In this document: one piece after another, positions 55,627-64,000 of the stretch
Numbering within the stretch: position 1 is the stretch's first letter
How the letters are laid out: each line of letters begins with the position of its first letter
Assembly (NCBI GenBank): GCA_963729045.1
Contig: CAVSMN010000021.1
Coordinates: 96,001-160,000 of the forward strand
Reading direction: 5' to 3'
DNA length: 64,000 bases
Origin: an uncultured Nitrososphaeraceae archaeon
Lineage (GTDB): Archaea; Thermoproteota; Nitrososphaeria; Nitrososphaerales; Nitrososphaeraceae
The notes under the pieces: generated by a model
The model's database searches: none
Told to the model about the DNA's origin: nothing
The model's input: the letters and a program-made list of their open reading frames with translations, nothing else
Program-made: the position numbers and the translations under genes

Positions 55627-55872
55627 ATGTATTCCGATATTTCTACAAGCGATACTGACATTGCAAAATTCGAAAAGTTAAAGGACAATTTTAGTTGGTT
55701 TTATTCAAATTATGATAGAATTGAGAGGGATATTCACAATCAGTATATTGCTGTTAAAGATAGAAAGCATATTGATAACGATGTCAACCTCGAAGCTCTT
55801 ATAAAAAGACTCAATTTGAAGAGCTATGACGAATCAATAGCTATCGAGTTCGTAAATTCTAAAAGTCAATAA
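55627..55872 (+). CDS. DUF5678-like small protein
   Basis: NFSWF..NY..I......YIAVKD...D.D..LE.L pattern. Confidence 0.6.
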   Translation: MYSDISTSDTDIAKFEKLKDNFSWFYSNYDRIERDIHNQYIAVKDRKHIDNDVNLEALIKRLNLKSYDESIAIEFVNSKSQ

Positions 55873-56040
55873 TATCGACAATTGCTTTTTTTATTCTTGT
55901 CCGCGTTTTGATATGACTATTTACACTATGATTGATTAGAACTCATAGATAATTGGTGAATTATGGAATCAAAATGTAGAATACATTGCAGATAACTTTT
56001 AAAAATATTTTATATATTTCGAATTATCAATGTTGTTTAG

Positions 56041-56238
56041 ATGGTAAGATACGTAATAAAAGAGGGAAAAGGACCTATGGAAGTGAAGGTTGGCAATGAT
56101 AGTAAATGGATTTGCATGTGTGGATTAAGTCAAAACCAGCCGTTTTGTGATGGTGCTCATAAAAAAACACTAAATGAGGAGGATGGAAAAGTCTACAAGT
56201 ACAATACTGATGGTACCAGAACTGAAATACAAATTTGA
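56041..56238 (+). CDS. CDGSH-type [2Fe-2S] protein
   Basis: CMCGLSQNQPFCDGAH. Confidence 0.92.
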   Translation: MVRYVIKEGKGPMEVKVGNDSKWICMCGLSQNQPFCDGAHKKTLNEEDGKVYKYNTDGTRTEIQI

Positions 56239-56490
56239 ATAAGCAATGTAATCATTCTTATAATTTATTTTTTTTAAATTGAAACAAAAAAGTTTTAAAT
56301 GATTTCCTTTATGAAAAAAGTTTTAAAGTTAATTTTCGCTAGGAAAATAACATATTCCCGAAAAATTCATGAGTGTGCATGACCTTATCAATTGCCTTTT
56401 AATTTAGATATTGGAATTATATTAATTGTTAGAAAGTTGCGATTAAAATAGGTAGATGGTAATATAGTTATATACACACTATACTATACA

Positions 56491-56850
56491 ATGGAATCCG
56501 ATTATAAGTTTAGGTATGTGAATGATTACATTACAAATTTACTAGATGGAAATATGACACTTCAATATGAGGATGTGGATTTGAAAAGTGTAAAAAAACC
56601 TATCGAATATCTCGACAAGATTGAAAAATGGTTGGAATTTAGAAATAGAATTAGAGATGAGGATCCAGATGAATTTACCAAACTTACAGGTGAATTGTTT
56701 ACCCATCTCTTAGCTATACGACTGGCTGGTGTGGTAATAGACCACTCTTGTGAATATTGTGATATGACTGGTAACGAAGAAATCCTAGATACCGAACCAC
56801 TATCACCTTCGACTACAATTAAAGAATCAAATAGGGACGCCGAGGTGTAA
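56491..56850 (+). CDS. Hypothetical protein
   Basis: 119-aa acidic ORF with HSCEYC; TTATATA upstream. Confidence 0.6.
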   Translation: MESDYKFRYVNDYITNLLDGNMTLQYEDVDLKSVKKPIEYLDKIEKWLEFRNRIRDEDPDEFTKLTGELFTHLLAIRLAGVVIDHSCEYCDMTGNEEILDTEPLSPSTTIKESNRDAEV

Positions 56851-57044
56851 ATTTTGATCAAAATCATTTTTTCCTGAAACAATTCTGTTAAATCACAATA
56901 TCTCCATGAAGATTCAATAATTAATATAATGATGCTTATTTGATAAAAAGACAATCCATTAGGTCTGTTAATCCATTACTGAGTCTTAAAAAACAATAGA
57001 TATTAATTTGATAATTTTTATTGAGATCCGCAATAGGCTCCTCT

Positions 57045-57419
57045 ATGAATCTATTAATAGAGGCGGCTACGAAAAGTTTAAAAAAATCATATAATCCTTA
57101 CTCTGGTTTATCTGTAGGTTGTGCCTTAAAAACTTCTTCTGGCAAAATCTACGATGGAGTTAATATTGAAAATTCAGTTTTTGGACTGACCATGTGTGCC
57201 GAAAGGGTTGCAGTGTTTAAGGCCGTTTCTGAAGGGAACGTCGACATAGAGGAAATTGCATTGGTAGCTTCTACAGGAAAACCAATCTATCCCTGCGGTG
57301 CCTGCAGACAAGTGTTATATGAATTCAATCCTAATACAAAAATATATTCAAGTGATGGTAAAACTCTAATTTTATTGGAAATTCTCCCTTTTGCATTTTC
57401 GAGGGATGCGTTAAGTTAA
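57045..57419 (+). CDS. cdd: Cytidine deaminase
   Basis: YNPYS, GVNIENS, CAERVA, PCGACRQ; ATG start chosen at MNLL. Confidence 0.92.
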   Translation: MNLLIEAATKSLKKSYNPYSGLSVGCALKTSSGKIYDGVNIENSVFGLTMCAERVAVFKAVSEGNVDIEEIALVASTGKPIYPCGACRQVLYEFNPNTKIYSSDGKTLILLEILPFAFSRDALS

Positions 57420-57429
57420 ATTCGCTACT

Positions 57430-57870
57430 TTAGTTGATCTCTTCTCCACCAAACTTGATTTCTTGAATTAAAGTGCAGCCTATATTGTTATGTAGAATAG
57501 TTTGAGGAACTTGTTGTATCATGTCATTAAGGTTTTCCACATCAAGATATACATCGTTTGCATCTTTCTTCAATGATCTTGCTCCTGAGTGTTGCGTCGA
57601 TGGTTACCTCAGCTTTATCCTTAGTATGTATACTTTCTGCCTTAAACTCTGTTACTTTTTGAAGAATATTCTTAACTAAAATGTAATATGCAAAAGGAAT
57701 TATTGTATGAATTCCTGGTGCTACCGATTTCTACTATGTATCCATCCTTAAAACTAATTCCTTCTACGTACTGATTGAATAGGATGAGAAAAGAGGAAAT
57801 AATAATATAAATCCTGCTACTAATAATCCGCAAATTAGTATTTCTATGCTGGCATTTATCTTAATCCCAT
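57430..57870 (-). pseudogene. SPFH/stomatin (band 7) family remnant
   Basis: TM segment, then PGIHTIIPF...IHTKDKAEVTIDA.../VYLDVENLNDMIQQVPQTILHNNIG...EEIN*; stops and frameshifts; boundaries approximate. Confidence 0.7.
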
Positions 57871-58271
57871 AGATGTAATTAAGACTTCCATAACCAAAAC
57901 CAATACCATCTGGATACCTGAACCTTTTTTCGGTGAATTTGTTCTTAAAAGAAAACAATTAGCATTTCTTGAAGTGGGGATAACTATGTGAAGCAAAGCA
58001 AACTTAAAATGTTATTATGAACAATTGAAAATATTTTCTAGTGTACTTTTGATTGATCGCATATATCTTATCATCTTTATTTTACATGGATCTAAAGGTC
58101 GTTCTGCTTAAATTACTTTTTTTATTTTACTAAGGTTCAATACTGTTACTGCAATGAATACCAAATCCTTACATTTCATATCTTAATTCTTAGTTTCAAG
58201 GAGATTTTAATAACCCCAAAGGGTAAGTAACGAAACATATATACTTAATTCTAGATAACACTGTTTGCAGA

Positions 58272-59192
58272 ATGTCTAATATTGGCAAAAGTAAGGTGGC
58301 GCTTGTAACAGGTAGTTCTACCGGTATTGGATATGAGACTTGTTTAGCACTAGCCCGCAACAGTTTCGTTACTTGTGCTACAATGAGGGACAAAAAAAAA
58401 TCTAGGGATTTGGAGAGAATTGCAAGGAACGAAAATCTACAAATAAAGATAATTGAAATGGATGTAGACATAGACCGTTCTGTTTATGAGGCAATTGAGA
58501 AGATAACTACGGAATTTGGTAAAATAGATATACTTGTAAATAATGCTGGATATGGTCTCTTTGGGGCCTTTGAAGACTTTTCAATGGATGAAATAAAGAA
58601 TCAATTTGAAACTAATGTTTTCGGTGTGATCAGAGTAATTCGTGAAGTACTTCCTATAATGAGGCAACAAAAAGCTGGAATTATTATTAATATTAGTTCC
58701 ATATCTGGGCTTGCTGGAGTTCCTACCCAATCTGCATACTGTGCCACAAAATTTGCTGTTGAGGGGTTAAGCGAAGCTCTTTCTTTTGAGTTAGAATCCT
58801 TTGGAATAAAATTAATATTAATAGAACCTGGTGTGATAAATACAGAATTCGTAAAAGATTTAGTCGTACCTTCCAATAAGTATGGGATTGATAAGAATAG
58901 GGATCTAGTATCCACATCATATGATGGAGAAAAGAAAAAATCCTTGTCCCTTTACAGCAACACAGTGGACAAGTTCTTGTCCTTTTATTACAATGCCATG
59001 AGCCATGCGCCTCATCCACACCTTGTGGCTGACGAAATAATTCGAGCAATTGCTAATTCTTCCAACAGTGAGAATGGAGCAACTTTATTGAGAATTGCCG
59101 TTGGAAACGATTCCAAAGAATATTCAAAACTCAAAAAGGAGTTATCTGATAAAGACTTTCACGAATTATTAAAAACGAACCTATTGAAATAA
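58272..59192 (+). CDS. Short-chain dehydrogenase/reductase
   Basis: TGSSTGIG, NNAG, YCATK, EPG. Confidence 0.95.
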   Translation: MSNIGKSKVALVTGSSTGIGYETCLALARNSFVTCATMRDKKKSRDLERIARNENLQIKIIEMDVDIDRSVYEAIEKITTEFGKIDILVNNAGYGLFGAFEDFSMDEIKNQFETNVFGVIRVIREVLPIMRQQKAGIIINISSISGLAGVPTQSAYCATKFAVEGLSEALSFELESFGIKLILIEPGVINTEFVKDLVVPSNKYGIDKNRDLVSTSYDGEKKKSLSLYSNTVDKFLSFYYNAMSHAPHPHLVADEIIRAIANSSNSENGATLLRIAVGNDSKEYSKLKKELSDKDFHELLKTNLLK

Positions 59193-59801
59193 AATTACAT
59201 GCGATGTTCGGGCGATTATATAAAGAGATAAACTGTATTCGTTTTATGCCAGATTTTCTAATAATTGAATTTCTCATGCAAGAAAATTCTCTCGACCTGT
59301 CAAAGAAATAAAAAACAAATTCTGTCTACAATTCTATTCTTACTCATATCCATCCAATATATCACTTTCCCATTTTGACATTTCTTAGAGCACCTCTCAA
59401 AATTGCCTTCTTTAATACGATGTGTTGAAGTGAAATATTCTCCAATGACTGCTACTCCATTATAATGGGCCCGCAATTGTCTTAAGCAATAATGAAGAAA
59501 AAGTTGGATCATCATTGATCAACTTCAATATTAGTAAAATAAATGGAGACCTTAAGATGAACAGCATGAATGTTGAATAGTTGATGAAAGATGCTGCATG
59601 AGTAATTTTAGACCCTGTTCATCTTGAAATTTCAAAGTGTCTCATTAATGTCCTTTGTTTTGTGGCGAGTGGTCATTTTTTAAGCTTAGTAACGGCACTA
59701 ACTTGCTTTCTAAAGAGTAGAAACCCATCGCAAATTTAACTATGCTTATTAAAGCTCTCATCAATTTATGATTTATAAATATCAAATTACAATCTAGAGA
59801 T

Positions 59802-61079
59802 ATGATTATGCCAATGTCAAATGACGATGGTAATAGTAATAACAAGAATAGTTTGGTGATTAAACCAACAGAGCTAAAGAGAAAAATGGATAAGGGCGAT
59901 GATATTTTTATTTTAGATGTCAGAAGTAGGCAGGAACATGATATGTGGACTATTTCTTATGATAATTATCCTGATTCACTTGTAATCCCTGTAGATACAC
60001 TGGCTTCTCTCGAATCTCTAAGACAGATTCCAAAGAATAAAGAAGTTATCACGTTTTGTGCTCATGGTCAACGTTCATCTATGGCAGCAAGAACTCTCTC
60101 GTCTTTAGGATATAATGTTAGAACTGTTGAAGGGGGTATGGCTGGATGGAGTAGATTATATGATGTTGCTGAAGTAAATTTAGATTCAAATATTACTTTG
60201 AAAATTTGGCAGGTAAGACGCATATCAAAGGGGTGCATGAGCTATGTTATCGCATCCACTAAAGATAAGAAAGCAACAATTATTGATGCAACATGCGATA
60301 TCGACACTGTTATCAACACTCTGCTTCAAGAAAATGAACTTACAGTTAGCAGAGTACTTGATACTCATATGCATGCAGATCACCTTTCAGGTTCAGTCAG
60401 AGTTGCTAGAAAATATGGATCAGAGGTAGCGATTAGTGGGTTTGAAAACTACGCTACAGAACAGGTATCATCTGAACAGGACCCAAAATGTAAACTAATT
60501 TCAACAGGACAAAAATTTGAATTAGGGGATGGATTCTATTTAGAAGCTATTCACACCCCAGGGCATACAGATGGTAGCATGAGTTTCTTATTGAAAATTC
60601 ATAGAGTTACTAAAAATGATTACACCAACAAACAGCAAAGTAGTGGCGTTACTTTTGCCAAAAATAGTGACAATGATGAACCAGATTATTATCTTTTTAC
60701 AGGCGATACTATTTTTGTAAATGGGGTGGGAAGACCAGATCTTCGTAATAAATCACAGGAATATACCAATAAACTTTTACACACTTATTATAACGTGATA
60801 TTTAACCTACCTGACAAAACAATTATACTTCCAGCTCACTATAGCTCTGGTTTTGAACATGAAAAACCCGTTCTTGATTCACTGGGATCGATTAAACAAA
60901 AGCTGGCATCCATACTGGATTCCAAAAATACATTCATAGACTTTGTAACTTCAAATATCCCTCCCCATCCTATGAATTATGAAAAAATAGTCTACTTAAA
61001 CAAAAACTTGACTTCCTGTGATATGGTAAATCAAACAGATCTAGAGTCTGGTCCAAATTCTTGTTGTATCAGAGCTTAA
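59802..61079 (+). CDS. Rhodanese + metallo-beta-lactamase fold fusion (sulfurtransferase/persulfide dioxygenase-like)
   Basis: LDVR, FCAHGQRS, GGMAGW; DTHMHADH, TPGHT, FTGD, GRPDL, PAH. Confidence 0.9.
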   Translation: MIMPMSNDDGNSNNKNSLVIKPTELKRKMDKGDDIFILDVRSRQEHDMWTISYDNYPDSLVIPVDTLASLESLRQIPKNKEVITFCAHGQRSSMAARTLSSLGYNVRTVEGGMAGWSRLYDVAEVNLDSNITLKIWQVRRISKGCMSYVIASTKDKKATIIDATCDIDTVINTLLQENELTVSRVLDTHMHADHLSGSVRVARKYGSEVAISGFENYATEQVSSEQDPKCKLISTGQKFELGDGFYLEAIHTPGHTDGSMSFLLKIHRVTKNDYTNKQQSSGVTFAKNSDNDEPDYYLFTGDTIFVNGVGRPDLRNKSQEYTNKLLHTYYNVIFNLPDKTIILPAHYSSGFEHEKPVLDSLGSIKQKLASILDSKNTFIDFVTSNIPPHPMNYEKIVYLNKNLTSCDMVNQTDLESGPNSCCIRA

Positions 61080-61274
61080 TAATTTATGCTTCTATTTTAT
61101 AGTAACGATTATCTGGTTCTCAATATTGACTGTTGTGGGGTTATCAAAGTTGGTACAGATCAATTATGAATATTTAGCCAATATCGGACCTTACTTGCTA
61201 AATGACCACCTACCTACACCCAAGAAGACTCTATGACAACCAAACAGAGTCATTAAAAGTATGGAAAATCTTAA

Positions 61275-61712
61275 GTGAAAGGAATATGTATTCTATTTGT
61301 GACTACAAACGAGCCTTTGAGGGAAGTCGTTCAAAAATTAGCTGAAACTTTTAACGATCCTCAAATTAGACAAACGTCTTATTTTGACTTTTATGATGAT
61401 TCTCTTGTTATACATGGTTTTCCTCCTAATTTACCAAATAACAAAGAGGGTTTTAAGCAATTTATCTATATTCTGTGGAACGCGTTCCCTGATATAAGAA
61501 TCTTATTTGATGACATTATTATTGAGGAAAGTAAAGTTGTTTGCCGATACGTTTTATCTGGAACTCATAAAGGGGAGTTTTTGGGTATACCTCCAACCAA
61601 TAAGTCTTTTAGAGTAAATGGTATGACCATCTTTTACTTTAAGGATAGAAAATGTGTTCAGCGTTGGAACCTAGTAGATATGACATCTTTAATGGAACAG
61701 TTAAAACCATAG
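61275..61712 (+). CDS. SnoaL-like ester cyclase family protein
   Basis: AFPD, GTHKGEFLGIPPTNK, LMEQL. Confidence 0.88.
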   Translation: MKGICILFVTTNEPLREVVQKLAETFNDPQIRQTSYFDFYDDSLVIHGFPPNLPNNKEGFKQFIYILWNAFPDIRILFDDIIIEESKVVCRYVLSGTHKGEFLGIPPTNKSFRVNGMTIFYFKDRKCVQRWNLVDMTSLMEQLKP

Positions 61713-61917
61713 TCACACCCACTTGATTCATGTCAAACTATTAAGAATAGTCCTGAAAGGGCAACAGAACGTTCATGGTATTGATCAATTTTATTAAATT
61801 TATACTGCAATTTTTACCAAGCATATTGTTAGGGGTCGGCCTTTCCCATTAGTTAATGACATACTATAGAGTCATACACAAGTAGAAACCCCTGATTCAC
61901 ATTCTAATGTGACAGTG

Positions 61918-62244
61918 TTAGACATACTTTTGCATCTTAATTACGATGATTCTTGAATGGACTTTCCCTCTATGGCCTGACGAAAGTTCATAAATAACTG
62001 ATTTAAATTTTCTTGATAAAAAATACTCTAAAAATGAAACAATTGTCCTTCCATGCATATCGGCTGTAAAAATTGTTATCAATTCTGGTTTTAGGTCGAT
62101 AACGAACTTTAATAATTCATCGATCCGATATGAACCTGAATGCATTCTATCGCCTTTAAAATGGTGACTCAAAACCATGTACTCTTGAGCCTTTGTTTGA
62201 TTTGAGTCGGTCCCTGCCGAAACTATAACTATTTCATTATTCAT
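61918..62244 (-). CDS. Hypothetical protein
   Basis: 108-aa ORF; no family recognised. Confidence 0.5.
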   Translation of the reverse strand: MNNEIVIVSAGTDSNQTKAQEYMVLSHHFKGDRMHSGSYRIDELLKFVIDLKPELITIFTADMHGRTIVSFLEYFLSRKFKSVIYELSSGHRGKVHSRIIVIKMQKYV

Positions 62245-62867
62245 CTATGCATACATCATCTATTCATATATCTTAAAATAAATTTGTTCATATGAATTAC
62301 TTTCGGTATTTGATTGAGGCGTACCAATTAAGAATTTAAAAATTTGTGATTTGACTGGTCGATTTTGCTATTCACATAATCTATCTGTCCTAGCAGACAA
62401 TCAACTATGTCTACTTACTACCTGGATACTAGAACATTCGCATTATTTTATCCGTGTTTATCATTGTTTAATGCTTCCGCATATCATCCAAACAAAAAAA
62501 GGACAAATGGATTGACATGCAAATTCATTTTAGGATTGAATTGCCGAAAGACTGATTGTCTATAGTGCTATTACTATAAGTACCAACAAAAGGAATGAAT
62601 ATTTGCTAATAAAATGATCTTATCTACTTGAATTATTTTTTGATAACAAATCGTTGCGTACAAACATAGACTAAATTGTTAAACTATTTTATCTTTAAAA
62701 TTAGGGAAGTAAATCCTAATACGAAATATTTCTAATAATGGATAGTGTCAATAAAGCCACATAATTTAATTTAAATGATTTCCACTATTTTGTAAACTAA
62801 CATATATTAACCTAATTTCATGCTTTATTAACTATGTTATCTAAATTTAATTATCTAGGGTGATAAT

Positions 62868-63422
62868 ATGTCCTTTGACTACCTGCACTATGTGGCTTCT
62901 TATAAGAAAAATATAAAAAATCAAAATAGTAAAAGTGATAAACATATATCGCTACCAAAGAGAACCTCTGCACGTACACTTTTATATAATGATAAGAACC
63001 TGACAAAGGTTCATCCGAATTCTAAAATAAAGAAAAATAAGAAATACCGAGTCTTGGTAGCCGAATCAAACTCTGGTGTACGGGCAATGATCAAATTATA
63101 TTTAGAATCTTTGAATTTGAATTACATTGCTGTTGATAGGGGAGATGAAGCTTTACATCTTTTTTCTAATACTGTTGACAACAGAGGGAAAAAATATGAT
63201 GTTGTGTTACTGGATACTCATTTAGATGGACTATCTGGATTAGAAGTCGCAATCGAGATTCATAAACAGAGTCCCGATCAAAGAATAATGATCATGAGTG
63301 CTTCACCAAGAGAACACCTGTCTAATGAATTACTAAAATCGACCAAAATACGTGAGAGCGATATTTTTGCGAGACCATTTAGACTCGCAGAATTGATTTG
63401 TTCAATAGAACCAATACCCTGA
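62868..63422 (+). CDS. Stand-alone response regulator receiver protein (atypical)
   Basis: RVLVAES, YDVVLLDTHL..LSGLEVA, IMSA, ARPF; phosphoacceptor Asp kept, conserved Lys replaced by Arg. Confidence 0.85.
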   Translation: MSFDYLHYVASYKKNIKNQNSKSDKHISLPKRTSARTLLYNDKNLTKVHPNSKIKKNKKYRVLVAESNSGVRAMIKLYLESLNLNYIAVDRGDEALHLFSNTVDNRGKKYDVVLLDTHLDGLSGLEVAIEIHKQSPDQRIMIMSASPREHLSNELLKSTKIRESDIFARPFRLAELICSIEPIP

Positions 63423-64000
63423 TTCCGAATTATTTACATTGGTATGTGATATGATTTCTCTTACCTATCCATTTAGTTTTAGGTTTTATTAATACCCAAA
63501 TTCCCTACCTGAAGAGGTTTTGATTCTATCGATAATATATTTGGAGAATTGATATACGTCCATCATTCATAAGTAGAGACAAGTATTTGCTTATACCAAT
63601 TTTAGATTATTCATATTATGAGGACGACCTAATGTAACCTGAAGTGTAACCTAACGTATATACCTTCAAGTAAGACCTTCCTAAATCAAACTATTAGGCC
63701 AATCTTTGCGATTAGCATAAACGTTGTTCATCTAATCCTATTTATAGATAACTGGAATTCAGATTGGAATATCTGATCTTGTTTATTGGATCGGTCGATT
63801 TTTGGATCTGATTTGAAATAATTCTATTTCAACATGAACTATCGTATCATTCAGATTAAAAGAATCCTGATGGGCATGGGCAATATGAGAATCGAGGAAG
63901 AAATCTTGGATTCGCACATTTTGAGTCTATTTGCCCACACAAATAACTTTGTTTATGATTTGTTTAATTGGAATCGGGAACCCTATCCATGTCCATCAAT

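Noticed and set aside
63627..63678. ACCT recurring every 10-13 bp
   Set aside because: The unit is too short and the spacing too irregular to support an iteron or operator call.

Overview
AT-rich, low-coding-density archaeal DNA. Gene content (archaeal Hsp20 pair, HTH-TRASH copper regulator, PQQ-dehydrogenase/cupredoxin fusion, pyruvoyl arginine decarboxylase, DUF72, FxLYD and CHRD secreted proteins) suggests a soil ammonia-oxidising archaeon, most like Ca. Nitrosocosmicus; this is an inference, as no marker gene is present. The window is accessory and stress-related. It holds a copper-efflux locus, detoxification enzymes, many small secreted proteins and several pseudogenes. About a dozen genes are split by single-base indels, mostly in homopolymers, so part of the apparent decay may be sequencing error. 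I saw no intact rRNA, tRNA, CRISPR array, integrase or transposase. Highlights: (1) a four-gene MinD/ParA + inactive KaiC/RecA-fold-Zn-finger-class III cyclase + DUF4242 + kinase-less sensor module with non-canonical cyclase residues; (2) a three-member family of secreted Gln/Asn-ladder peptides that look like functional-amyloid subunits; (3) three identical TTTACATTTGTAAA palindromes in the cop locus, plus an unannotated broken YHS chaperone gene; (4) a secreted protein with four identical Cys-rich 26-aa repeats bracketed by a perfect 29-bp inverted repeat; (5) ORFs missed by the track (Cse60-like with ACG start, LEA/CsbD-like, SPFH remnant). All family assignments are by eye from motifs; no database search was run.
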